From Candidatus Falkowbacteria bacterium (GTDB lineage Bacteria; Patescibacteriota; Patescibacteriia; CAIXNZ01), in the NCBI GenBank assembly GCA_963774955.1, contig CAVZGV010000004.1, forward strand, positions 195,522 through 259,521: 64,000 nt of DNA, given 5' to 3'. Position 1 is the stretch's first letter; every line of letters starts with the position of its first letter. The notes below the pieces were generated by a model. The model saw nothing but the letters and a program-made list of their open reading frames with translations. It did no database searches and was not told the DNA's origin. A program made the translations under genes and the position numbers. Positions 9,680 to 19,739 of the stretch are shown here, in pieces.

Positions 9680-11353
9680 ATGATTATGATTAAGGTTAAA
9701 TTAGATCAATTGGCAGAGAAGTTAAACAAATCAATAACAGATATTGCCAAAGAAACTAAGTTAAATCGCAATACCATAACTGCTTTATGCCATAATAAAG
9801 TGGATGGGATTAAATTTGCCACCTTAGAGCGCATTTGCAATGCTTATAAAGTCGGAATCGGAGAACTACTTGAAATAGAAAATATCAATATTAATAAGAT
9901 AAAAAAGGAAGCAATCTACAAACAAGAAGGCGCGGCCGTGCCCCTTACTTGCTGGCCTTGGTTATTGGCCTCAACCAGAATCAATAATCCATTTCTGGAT
10001 TATGGCTACGGCAATATTAATTTTTACAGCCTTAAAGAGTATATAGAGGTCTATTGGGATAAAGATGCCTTGAGAAAAACTGCCATAAATGTTTATGAAA
10101 AATATGCTGTTAAGAAAAATTTAGATATATTCTTTAATAATTATCTAAAGGCCGCTGATAAATTGAAAGAAATGTATCTGAAGGCTGATCGGCAAAATGT
10201 TTTAGATTTTAATAATAATCAGCTCGTGGATTATTTTAAGCAATTGATGGAAGCATACGCAGGTATGTGGGATAATGCGCTGTTTGTCGATGCTTTTGAT
10301 CCAGGGTATGATCAGGAAAAAATCAATGAACTTGTAAACAAATACGGTTTTAACAAAGAAGACGTCCAGACGCTGACAACATCTGAAATCATGTCTTTCA
10401 ACAGTGAGCAGCTTTATGAGCTTTTGAAAATAGTCAAAACAATAAGAGATAAAAAGATATCAGGCCAGGTTCTGCAGCAGTTTATCGATAAAAATGATGC
10501 AATTAAAAAATATATCTGGAATTATGATTATTACTGTTCAAATTATGCGCAAACAAGCCATATAAATCGGGTAAATTTAGCTCAAGAAATTAGAAAATAC
10601 CTCAAAAACGAAAAGTTATTCCAGGAGGAATTTTATAAACTTGATAATTTTACCGAGATTCAAAAGGCTAATAAGTTAAAAGTACTTAAAAAATACAAAA
10701 TTACTGAAAATCCTTTATATTTCTTTAGTCTGCTGACATATTGGCGGGAAAATCGCAAACAGGTTAATTTAATGGGTTTTCATGTCTTTGATTTAATCCT
10801 GCAATCGTTGGAAGAAAAAACCGGCATTGAAATGAAATATTTAAAATATCTGGTTGATGACGAAATTCTTCATGTCTTAAAGGGCAGTATAGATCTGGAA
10901 ACGTTGAAGAAACGCAGGGAAACTGGTTGCTTTTTCAGCTTTAAAAACGGTGACTATCAGCTTTTTATCGGCAAGCAGGCTGATTCTTTAAAAAATGAGC
11001 TGGAAAATCAGTTAAATACCCAGGCTGATTTAAAGATAATTCCTGGACAGGTGGCCTGTCAGGGCTATGCCAAAGGCATTGCCAAAATCATATTAAATGT
11101 TAACGATTTTAATAAACTAAAGCCGGGAGAAATATTAGTAACCGGCATGACCAGACCGGAATTCATACCATTAATGAGAATAGCAGCTGCAATCGTGACT
11201 AATGAAGGCGGCATTACCTGCCATGCGGCCATTGTTAGCCGGGAACTGGGCAAACCCTGCATCATTGGCACGGGCAATGCCACCCAACTAATTAGAGATG
11301 GTGATTTAATTGAAGTCCGGGCAAATCATGGTACCGTTAGAATCTTGAGTTAG
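9680..11353 (+). CDS. XRE-type HTH fused to a helical domain and a C-terminal PEP-utilizing-enzyme swivel (phosphohistidine) domain. Paralog 1 of the array.
   Basis: N-terminal 'ITDIAKETKLNRNTITALCHNKVDGIKFATLERICNAYKVGIGELL' (HTH_XRE). C-terminal 'GEILVTGMTRPEFIPLMRIAAAIVTNEGGITCHAAIVSRELGKPCIIGT' (PF00391-like, catalytic His). Confidence 0.7.
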   Translation: MIMIKVKLDQLAEKLNKSITDIAKETKLNRNTITALCHNKVDGIKFATLERICNAYKVGIGELLEIENININKIKKEAIYKQEGAAVPLTCWPWLLASTRINNPFLDYGYGNINFYSLKEYIEVYWDKDALRKTAINVYEKYAVKKNLDIFFNNYLKAADKLKEMYLKADRQNVLDFNNNQLVDYFKQLMEAYAGMWDNALFVDAFDPGYDQEKINELVNKYGFNKEDVQTLTTSEIMSFNSEQLYELLKIVKTIRDKKISGQVLQQFIDKNDAIKKYIWNYDYYCSNYAQTSHINRVNLAQEIRKYLKNEKLFQEEFYKLDNFTEIQKANKLKVLKKYKITENPLYFFSLLTYWRENRKQVNLMGFHVFDLILQSLEEKTGIEMKYLKYLVDDEILHVLKGSIDLETLKKRRETGCFFSFKNGDYQLFIGKQADSLKNELENQLNTQADLKIIPGQVACQGYAKGIAKIILNVNDFNKLKPGEILVTGMTRPEFIPLMRIAAAIVTNEGGITCHAAIVSRELGKPCIIGTGNATQLIRDGDLIEVRANHGTVRILS

Positions 11354-11474
11354 TATATAGGATTGAATAAAAGGTCGCATTAGCGGCTTTTTATTATTGA
11401 CAAAATTTATTAATTATGCTAAGATGGTATTAATTAATACCTTTAAAGTATAGTAATAATAATCCTCAATTATT

Positions 11475-12032
11475 ATGCTGGAAAACTTATTCTCAAGCCA
11501 AGTAATTTTTAAGCTTTTGAGCCTGATGTTTAGCCAGGAAGAACAGGAATTTTCAACTCCGGAACTGGTTAAATTAACCGGTAAAAAACAGACCAATATC
11601 ATGCGTGAGCTGGAAAAATTGGCTAATTGGGACATGGTGATTAAAACTAAAAAGGGCAAGCAGAATTTTTATCGGCTTAACACCAAATACGCTTTTTATG
11701 AGCAGTTAAAAAGTCTGTTTTTAAGATATTTAGGTGCCAACAAAAAGTTTATGGTTTACACGGAGGAAGCCAATGCCGCTTTGCTCACGCTTAATTATTT
11801 TTCTATTGCCTATGCCAATCCCCTGGCTGTTAATTTGGGCATTTTGAGTCAGATGCCAGATTTGCTTTCATATTACAAAAATAATTATGTGCGTTTTTAT
11901 TTTGAAAAAGACGTGGTAGAAAAAATTACTGCTGAATCATTAAAGAAGCTGAGAACTGATGCCAGCTTTGTTAAAGATATTATTTACCAGCAATCAATTG
12001 CCAAAGGCGAAGAAGCTTTGAGTTTTATTTAA
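11475..12032 (+). CDS. Winged-helix transcription-regulator-like protein
   Basis: 'STPELVKLTGKKQTNIMRELEKLANWDMVIKTKKGKQNFYRL' winged HTH. 185 aa. Confidence 0.4.
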   Translation: MLENLFSSQVIFKLLSLMFSQEEQEFSTPELVKLTGKKQTNIMRELEKLANWDMVIKTKKGKQNFYRLNTKYAFYEQLKSLFLRYLGANKKFMVYTEEANAALLTLNYFSIAYANPLAVNLGILSQMPDLLSYYKNNYVRFYFEKDVVEKITAESLKKLRTDASFVKDIIYQQSIAKGEEALSFI

Positions 12033-12035
12033 CAA

Positions 12036-13208
12036 ATGAAGGCCAACGATTATAAAGTTACAGCCGCAGAAGCTTTAAAGCTGCTGGATCAATTTACAGA
12101 TATTATTAATACCCAGATTTCCTTAAACTGCATCGCTATTTTAGATTTATTTAATGAGCCGTACAGCAATTATTTAAAAACCTATTTACAGAAGCAGATC
12201 AAAGAGACTGATTTACGCCTGAATTATGTACTGGAAAAATTACTAGCGCCTGAGCAGCTGACCTGGACCCAGCTTTACCGCCGTGAAATGATCAAGCTGG
12301 TTTTAAAGTATAAAGCAGAAAAGATTGACTATAAGCCTGAACTGCAAACCATTCATGCCAATTGGAAATGGCTGAACTTCAATTACCGCGGACCGGAATA
12401 TACTCTGGAATATTTTGCACAGATATTTAATGAAATGATAAATAAGGCTTTGTCTGAGCTGGAAATAGAGCTGGATTTTATTGATAATAATCAGACTTAC
12501 GTCCTCAAAGAAAAAAACAAAATTTTTAAAGAGCTGAAAATCGACCAGCAACACCAGGATTACATCAATGCTTTGAGCATCCTCTCGTATTTGAAAGTCT
12601 ATCGTAAAGATACGGCTTTTTTATTGGTTTTTCTAACTCTTAAAATCATGGAACAGTTTGCGGACGGTTTGAAAAAGGAAAACTGGCTTTATTTGACTCA
12701 GTCTGAGGCGCGCGATCTGATCAAGGGGCAGTTAAATGTTACTAAAGCTCAGCTGATTGAAAGGGAAAAGGAATGCGCTTACCTCGGTCAGGAAAAGATA
12801 TTAATGGTAGGTCACGACGCCGCCAAATTCGTGGCTGATAATACCATAGCGGATAAATTTAGCGAAGCCGGTGGTTTAAAACTCTTAGAAGGAACCACTG
12901 CTTGTTTGGGTAAAACCGGTGACTGGGTGTACGGCAAAGTAAAAATTATTAATCAGCCAGAAGATATGAGTAAAATGGAATACGGGGACATTTTGGTCTC
13001 TTATGCGACCATTCCTGATATTTTGCCAGCCATGAAAAAAGCCGCAGCCATTGTCACTGATCAGGGTGGTATTACTTCACATGCAGCCATTGTTTCCCGC
13101 GAATTAAATATTCCCTGCGTGATCGGCACCAAATATGCCACTAAAGTCTTTAAAGACGGAGACAAGGTGATTGTCTGTCCGCGTCATGGGCATATTAGAT
13201 TTCAATAA
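12036..13208 (+). CDS. Swivel-domain paralog 2 (helical N-terminal domain plus PEP-utilizing mobile domain)
   Basis: C-terminal 'DILVSYATIPDILPAMKKAAAIVTDQGGITSHAAIVSRELNIPCVIGT'. The 'W-x-W-L-N-F-N-Y-x-G-P' motif is shared with the other paralogs. Confidence 0.7.
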   Translation: MKANDYKVTAAEALKLLDQFTDIINTQISLNCIAILDLFNEPYSNYLKTYLQKQIKETDLRLNYVLEKLLAPEQLTWTQLYRREMIKLVLKYKAEKIDYKPELQTIHANWKWLNFNYRGPEYTLEYFAQIFNEMINKALSELEIELDFIDNNQTYVLKEKNKIFKELKIDQQHQDYINALSILSYLKVYRKDTAFLLVFLTLKIMEQFADGLKKENWLYLTQSEARDLIKGQLNVTKAQLIEREKECAYLGQEKILMVGHDAAKFVADNTIADKFSEAGGLKLLEGTTACLGKTGDWVYGKVKIINQPEDMSKMEYGDILVSYATIPDILPAMKKAAAIVTDQGGITSHAAIVSRELNIPCVIGTKYATKVFKDGDKVIVCPRHGHIRFQ

Positions 13209-13259
13209 TTAATAGTTAGAAGAATATAAATTTAAAATAAATCAGTAAAAATTAATCAT

Positions 13260-14793
13260 ATGGCTTTAAGACAACAATTTGACCGCAAAAATATTTTAAT
13301 CTTCCCTTGGTATATTGCGGATTTGACCTTAACTAAGGATATTGCCGCCATTGCTGACGGCCAAAAAGTTAAGGATTGTTTGGTTATTATTGAAAATTAT
13401 TATTTTAAATATGCCATGGATGTGGACTCGGTCAAAGAGACTGCCCTGGCGATTTTAAATAAATTGGTCAGTGATCCTAAATATTTTGCTTTGGCTAAGA
13501 AGATGATTTATGATTTTGGCGAAGACTTGCTGGCCTTTGGTGACAAAATTAAGGATATTGATTTAGCTCAGGCCAGTAACGAAGATTTATTGAATATTTA
13601 TGCTGAATATACGGAACATTTGAAAGCCATGCGCACCTGGGGCTGGATCCCGGCCATTATTGATGGCACGACTGAAAGCTTTTTGACCGATACGATTATG
13701 GCTAAATTCGGCGCCTATTTAAAAATAATTAATCAGGAGGATAAAATTGCAGCTTTTTACAGCTTATTAAGCTCCAGTGAAAAAATGAGCGAAGTCCAGA
13801 CAGAGGAATTGGCCAGGCTGGATTTACTTTTTAAAATTTTAAAGGATAAGCAAACTGCGTCAAATACTTGATCTGATCAAGTCCAATAATTATCAAGAAA
13901 TAAAAACGCAATTTCCTAAAATATTATAAATTATTAGCTAAACATTTACAGGATTTTGCCTGGCTGCCTTTTGCTTATATTGGCCCGGTCATGTCCTGGG
14001 AATATTTATTTAAATTAATTAATGATAATTTAAACAGCGGGGATATTAAGGCTCAGAAAGAAAAAATCATCAATCATTACAAATCAATTAAAAAAGACAA
14101 AGCCGCTTTGATTAAGAAATTAAAATTGCCGGCTGATTTGCAGTATATTTTTCAGATTTCCACTGAATTCATGTTTATCAAAGATTACCGCAAGGGCATT
14201 TATCAGAAATCTTATGTTTATATGGATCCGGTCATGGCTGAAATCGCCAAAGACTTAAGTCTGAACTTTAAAGCAGGTCAAATTTTTAATTTATGAAGAT
14301 GTTGCTGATGCTTTATTGAATAATAAGGCGGATTTTTATCGTCAGACTGTGCCGAACAACGCCAAAAAAAATGTTGTTATTATGCGACTGACGGTGCAAT
14401 TAAAGTTTATCAGGGGGAAGAATGTGAACAAATGATTAGCTAAATATCTTAAGAGCAACACCGCAAGTTGACGTCAGCCACATTAAGGAATTAAAAGGCA
14501 TGACTGCTTACCCGGGTAAAGTTACTGGTACTGCCAAGATTGTCTTATTGGAAAAAGATGTCAGCAAAGTCCAGGCCGGTGATATTTTGGTTTCTTCGGC
14601 GACTAATCCTGATTTGATTGCGGCCATGAAAAGAGCTGCTGCCTTTGTGACTGATACGGGCGGTATAACTTGTCATGCGGCCATTGTCTCTCGTGAGTTG
14701 AAAAAGCCCTGTATTATTGGCACTCAGCATGCGACTAAGGTCATTAAGGATGGTGATCATGCTGGAAGTTGACGCTGACCATGGCATTGTCAA
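13260..14793 (+). pseudogene. Decayed swivel-domain paralog, broken into three frames (ORFs 13260-13871, 13991-14296 and 14500-14772)
   Basis: Family motifs appear in consecutive frames, including 'DFAWLPFAYIGPVMSWEY' upstream of the 13991 ORF with no start codon. The swivel domain ends 'KDGDHAGS*', while the +1 frame continues 'MLEVDADHGIVKILNK*'. This indicates a 1-nt indel near 14746. Confidence 0.55.
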
Positions 14794-14827
14794 AATTTTA
14801 AATAAATAATTAATTTAAGTAAAATTT

Positions 14828-15432
14828 ATGTCTATCTTAGAAATAAAAAATTTACCCGAGCAATATGAGGCGCTTTGGCAGCGCTGCGCGCCTTTATTAC
14901 AAAAAGGACGGCCAGATGACGAGGGCCATGCCAAAGATACAGTGGAATTTGTTTTAAATTATCAGGGCGATTTGCCGTTTGATCCGGAAGTCATTATTCC
15001 CGTGGCTATGATGCATGATATCGGCCATTCCGCGTTATTGCCAGAGCATTTAAAATACGTACTGGCGGCGTTAAAATAAAAAATGGCAAATTGGTTCACA
15101 TGCTGGCCGGCGCGAAAATTGCTCATGATTTATTGGTTGACAATTAAGCTATGATCACGGCCAATATCAAGGAAATCGTGGATATTATCAGTATTCATGA
15201 CTGGGATCAATTGGACATTCCTGAGGCAAAGACGGTTTATGATACTGATAATAAAAAGTTCTTTCATGATATTGATGCATTAGACCGCTTTAATCAGGAG
15301 CGTTTGGAATATTATAAAAATTCATTTCAGCAGGGTGAACTGCAGAAATTGATAACCAAGCAGTTGGATGTTTTCTTTTATCCGGAATTTAAAAAAATCG
15401 CCGAGGCGAGATTCAAAATTTTGAAGTTTTAA
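14828..15432 (+). pseudogene. HD-domain phosphohydrolase, interrupted by in-frame stops and a frameshift
   Basis: 'MMHDIGHS' HD motif in ORF 14828-15079. After the TAA, the same frame continues 'KNGKLVHMLAGAKIAHDLLVDN*'. A third piece (15151-15432) lies in another frame. Confidence 0.4.
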
Positions 15433-15436
15433 ATTT

Positions 15437-16880
15437 ATGATTAGCGATGTCTTAAAAAAATACAGCCAAGGGCGGAACTTAATGAAGCAAGAAGGCGCCT
15501 TCTCTTTATTAGCATCTTATGGTTTTTGCGCGCTCGGTTTATTTGGACCAAAGTGGTATGACCTTTACCGCAATGATTATAATTTTTTCTTGGGCATATT
15601 TGATCAGACGAATGGCCTTTTTGTTTTTGATTGGGGTAAATATAAGGAAACCACCGACATTGAATATCGTCTGATGATTAAAGAAGGTAAAGGTAGTTAT
15701 TTAAGAGTTTTACCTTTATTTGAGAAGCATTCTGCCGAGATGTTTAAACTCTATCAGGCCAATCATCCAGCAGTTATTGCTAAAATGGATATTGAAAAAT
15801 TAAGGCAACATATTATTAATTCAAATGAATTAACTTCAATTATATTAAGAGACACGCTGTTTAGCGAGTCTTTTGATGAAGATATGGCCAAAGTCTATTA
15901 TTTGCAGGCAGGCGGCCAGGAAGAATATTTCCAGGAATTTTTTGCCATGACCTCTGCGTTGACGTTTGATTCATTTAAATTTAGGAGAGATAAGATTATC
16001 TTAAATGATGCAAAACAAAAAAAGATTGATTATTATAAGTTGCAATACATATATACTGATCACTTTGCTGGCAAACTTTTAATTGAGGTTGAAAAAATGG
16101 TGAATAATTTGAATTTTAATATACTTTTGGAAGAGATAAAAATTAATGATCAACAGGTAGAGAATAATAAAGAAAGAAGGGAAAAATACATCCAAGCTTT
16201 ACCCGACAGTTTGAAAGCATTAGCTCATTTTATGGAAGTGACCATGCGCATCAGAGATGAAAGGCAAGATTGTTTTGCCCAAGGTATGACCATTGCATAT
16301 AACTGCGCTTATGAATACTTTAAGCGGCTAGGTTTTAATCCTAAAGATTGTATTTATTCTTTTTATACTGACTATTTGAATAATATTTTGGAAAACCCCG
16401 AATATTCACAACTGATTGAGAACAGAAAAAAGGGCTGTGCCGTGATTGCAGAAGCAGGCCAGCCAGTAAAATATACCTGGGAATTCAAGGAATATCAGCA
16501 AGTTACGCCAGGAATTTTTAGATATTGTTGAAGCTTCAGTTAAAAAAGAAAATTCCCTAGAGCAGATTAAAGGCCAGGTTGCTAATCCAGGCAAGATAAA
16601 GGGCATGGTTAAAATAGTTTTAAGCAGTACTGATTTTGCCAAATTTAATAAGGGTGATATTTTAGTCGCCTCTATGACCAGGCCAGAATATGTGCCAGTA
16701 ATGAAAAAGGCTAAAGCAATTATCACTGATGAAGGCGGTATCACCTGCCATGCCGCCATTGTCTCCCGGGAATTAAATATACCCTGCATAATTGGCACTA
16801 AAAATGCGACTAGAATTTTGCAAGATGGGGATGAAGTGGAAGTGGATGCCAATAATGGCACCATTAAGATAATTAAATAA
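15437..16880 (+). pseudogene. Swivel-domain paralog with a single frameshift at about 16490-16509. It could instead be an authentic frameshift or a sequencing error.
   Basis: ORF 15437-16531 carries the N-terminal family motifs ('RIRDERQD', 'RKKGCAVIAEAGQ'). Frame 0 is open from 16470 and reads 'RQEFLDIVEASVKKENSLEQIKGQVANPGKIKGMVKIVL', which continues into ORF 16605-16880, a complete swivel domain. Confidence 0.55.
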
Positions 16881-16886
16881 TATTTT

Positions 16887-18395
16887 ATGACTGAGACTAA
16901 AAATAATGTAACGAAATTAGACTGGCAGGAATACATCCGCAGCGGCGCCAATTATCATCTGATGCTGCCTTATGTTGACGGCATCACCCTTGGCGTTAAG
17001 GCAATATTCGGCCAGTCAATCAGCCATTTCATGGCCTTTTTTGAAGGCACGACATTATACTGGTACTATGTTGCCCAGGAATTAGCTGCTTTGGGCAGAG
17101 TTATTGTCGCCAAATTATTGGAGTCTGAGTTTAGAACTAATTTTTTTGCAGTCTGGAATAATTATAAAAATGAACTGGACAATTTGATTAATAAATTTCA
17201 GCTGGAACAAATTAAAAAATTATCTAACCAGGAACTGGCTGACCTTTATCGCGGCTATTTTAAGCAATTGACTGAGTGGTGCGGCTATAGCATGTCCATA
17301 GATGCCACGGATGAATCTTTAATGGCGGATATCCCCACCAGAATTAAAGCTATCATGAAAAATGTCTTGGCTGACGGTTATACAGAAAAGGAATATATCA
17401 GAGCGTATAATATTTTAACCCAGCCGGAAAAATTTTCCTACATGAACGAAGAACGGCTGGCATTATTACAGCTGGCTAAAGATTTACAGTCCGACACAAT
17501 TAAAAAGGACGATTTGGCCTATCAGCAGCAAGTTCAAGCCGTTTTGGATAAATATTGGTGGACTGATATGGGCTGGGCTAAAGGCCAACCAAAAACTAAA
17601 AGCGATGTGGCTAAAAGCTTGGAAGAAATTGTTAAGGCAGGTCAGGATCTTGACGAGGAAATTAAAAAGATTAAAGCTTTACCCGCCAAAATAAAAGCTG
17701 CTAAAGCTGAACTGGAAAAAACCTACCAGTTTAGTCAGGATCAAGATTTAATCCAATTACTGGATTTATTTGACCAGTTGGTTGAATATCATGATTTAAG
17801 GAAAGAAACGCAGATGAAAACTAATTACTGGCACTATCTGGTTTTTGCGGAGATTGCTCAAAGAAAAATGATTGAGCCGCAGCTTTTAGACTGGTGTAAT
17901 TTGGCTGAACTGGAAAGTTTATTAATCGGGAATGAATTTGATCGGGAGGAAATGAGCCGCCGCTCAGTTAATTACCTAAGATTAAATCTTGAGGGAGTTT
18001 TGAGCCTTTATGCCGGCGAAGAAGCCAAAGCCAGGCATGATGAGGTTTTAGGCTTGCAGTTGGAGCAGGTGCATGATTTGCAGGGTATTAGCGCTTCTGC
18101 CGGCAAAGTGGCCGGCCGCGCCCTGGTTGCCCTAAGCATTGAAGCAGCCAAAGATATTAAGCCGGGTGAAATTTTAGTGACTGGCATGACCACCCCGGAA
18201 TTTGTGCCGGCCATGAAGAAAGCCGCGGCCATTGTTACTGATGAAGGCGGGATTACCTGCCATGCGGCCATAATTTCACGAGAGCTGGGACTTCCCTGTG
18301 TGGTCGGCACCAAATTCGCCACCCGCCTGATTAAAACAGGTGATCTGATTGAAGTGGCAGCCAATCACGGTATTGTTAGATTATTAAATAAATAA
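16887..18395 (+). CDS. Swivel-domain paralog 5
   Basis: C-terminal 'GEILVTGMTTPEFVPAMKKAAAIVTDEGGITCHAAIISRELGLPCVVGT'. Begins 7 bp after the previous gene. Confidence 0.7.
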   Translation: MTETKNNVTKLDWQEYIRSGANYHLMLPYVDGITLGVKAIFGQSISHFMAFFEGTTLYWYYVAQELAALGRVIVAKLLESEFRTNFFAVWNNYKNELDNLINKFQLEQIKKLSNQELADLYRGYFKQLTEWCGYSMSIDATDESLMADIPTRIKAIMKNVLADGYTEKEYIRAYNILTQPEKFSYMNEERLALLQLAKDLQSDTIKKDDLAYQQQVQAVLDKYWWTDMGWAKGQPKTKSDVAKSLEEIVKAGQDLDEEIKKIKALPAKIKAAKAELEKTYQFSQDQDLIQLLDLFDQLVEYHDLRKETQMKTNYWHYLVFAEIAQRKMIEPQLLDWCNLAELESLLIGNEFDREEMSRRSVNYLRLNLEGVLSLYAGEEAKARHDEVLGLQLEQVHDLQGISASAGKVAGRALVALSIEAAKDIKPGEILVTGMTTPEFVPAMKKAAAIVTDEGGITCHAAIISRELGLPCVVGTKFATRLIKTGDLIEVAANHGIVRLLNK

Positions 18396-18400
18396 ATCAT

Positions 18401-19729
18401 ATGATCAATTTTAAAAAAGAAGATTTTTTCATGACTGGTTCGGCTCAGTCGGCTTTGATTTATAACTACATTTCAGCCTTGGGTTCTTTAAGCTCATTTG
18501 GCAAAGCTAATGGTGGGATATTATTGTATGAAAATAATGTTGTAACGTTTTATTTTTCTAAACAAGGTATTATTGATTTTAAAAATAAATTGATCAAGAA
18601 GAAAATCGAATATTTTGAAAAAAATTTTACACGCTGGCAGGCAAAATGGCGGAACAAAGAAGCGATTCTTTATAAATTAGCTACACAGGGTAAAAATTGG
18701 CGTAAGAACTGGCAGCGTTTAGACAAATTATGTTTTAAGTACTGGCATGATTCTTATTTTGTTGATACCTATGATCATTTTGCCGAAGAATTTGACCGGC
18801 AAATTATTAAATCTTTAAAAAAGGCCAGGCTTGATCCGGAATTGCGCAATGAATTAGTCTTACCTGACGTAGCGACTAAAGTTCAGGAAGTAGCGGTGCA
18901 ATTACAGGCAGTTAAAGACGGACAATTATCCAAATCAGAATTTTTGAGAAAGTATTGGTATAGCCATGGCTCCTGGAACGGGGGAGAAGTATTAACCAAA
19001 GAATTATTAGACAAAGATCTGGCCAGTATAGATATTGATCTGCATTTTACAATCAGGAAAAAGATCCACGAGGAAGTTGATCCCAAATTGGATAAAAAGA
19101 CCTTAAATTTGCTCAGAGTCCTAAGATTCTTTGCGCTTTGGCGTGATGAGCGTAAGGCCTTTTTGCAAATGATCAGCTTGGGTTTTCGTAAAGTCGCCTT
19201 AGCTGCAGCCAACGAATTAAACGTTGAATCCAAAGCAATTGAATTTGCTTTCCGCGATGAAATTGATGAAGTTTCACATAATCCTCAAAAATTTTTAGAA
19301 CGCAAGAATAGATCAGTTTTATTACTTCCCAATTCTCAGACTCACGGCCAAATTTTGGTTGGAGCCGAAGTAGAGCCGTATTTCCAGGAATTTATGGCCA
19401 CGACCGAAGTCCGGGAAATCAAGGGCATTGTGGCCTCACCGGGCAAAGTCCAGGGAATTGCCAATGTAATTTTACGTCAGCATCAGTTTTTTGAATTTAA
19501 TGAAGGCGATATTTTAGTCACTACCATGACCCGGCCGGAATTTATGCCTTTAATGAAGAAAGCTAGCGCTATCGTCACTGACGAAGGCGGACTGACTTGT
19601 CATGCAGCCATTGTTTCCCGGGAATTAAAAAAGCCCTGCATTGTGGGCACAAAAGATGGGACCAGGATTTTTAAAACAGGGGATAAAATAGAAGTTGATG
19701 CTAACTTGGGGGTGATTAAGAAAATTTAA
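18401..19729 (+). CDS. Swivel-domain paralog 6
   Basis: 'WRDERKAF' motif. C-terminal 'GDILVTTMTRPEFMPLMKKASAIVTDEGGLTCHAAIVSRELKKPCIVGT'. Confidence 0.7.
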   Translation: MINFKKEDFFMTGSAQSALIYNYISALGSLSSFGKANGGILLYENNVVTFYFSKQGIIDFKNKLIKKKIEYFEKNFTRWQAKWRNKEAILYKLATQGKNWRKNWQRLDKLCFKYWHDSYFVDTYDHFAEEFDRQIIKSLKKARLDPELRNELVLPDVATKVQEVAVQLQAVKDGQLSKSEFLRKYWYSHGSWNGGEVLTKELLDKDLASIDIDLHFTIRKKIHEEVDPKLDKKTLNLLRVLRFFALWRDERKAFLQMISLGFRKVALAAANELNVESKAIEFAFRDEIDEVSHNPQKFLERKNRSVLLLPNSQTHGQILVGAEVEPYFQEFMATTEVREIKGIVASPGKVQGIANVILRQHQFFEFNEGDILVTTMTRPEFMPLMKKASAIVTDEGGLTCHAAIVSRELKKPCIVGTKDGTRIFKTGDKIEVDANLGVIKKI

Positions 19730-19739
19730 GTACATAAGT

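Noticed and set aside
16605-16880. Stand-alone 91-aa swivel-domain gene
   Set aside because: The reading frame is open 135 nt upstream and encodes the family linker 'IKGQVANPGKIKG'. It is the 3' part of the frameshifted 15437-16880 paralog. The same applies to 14500-14772.
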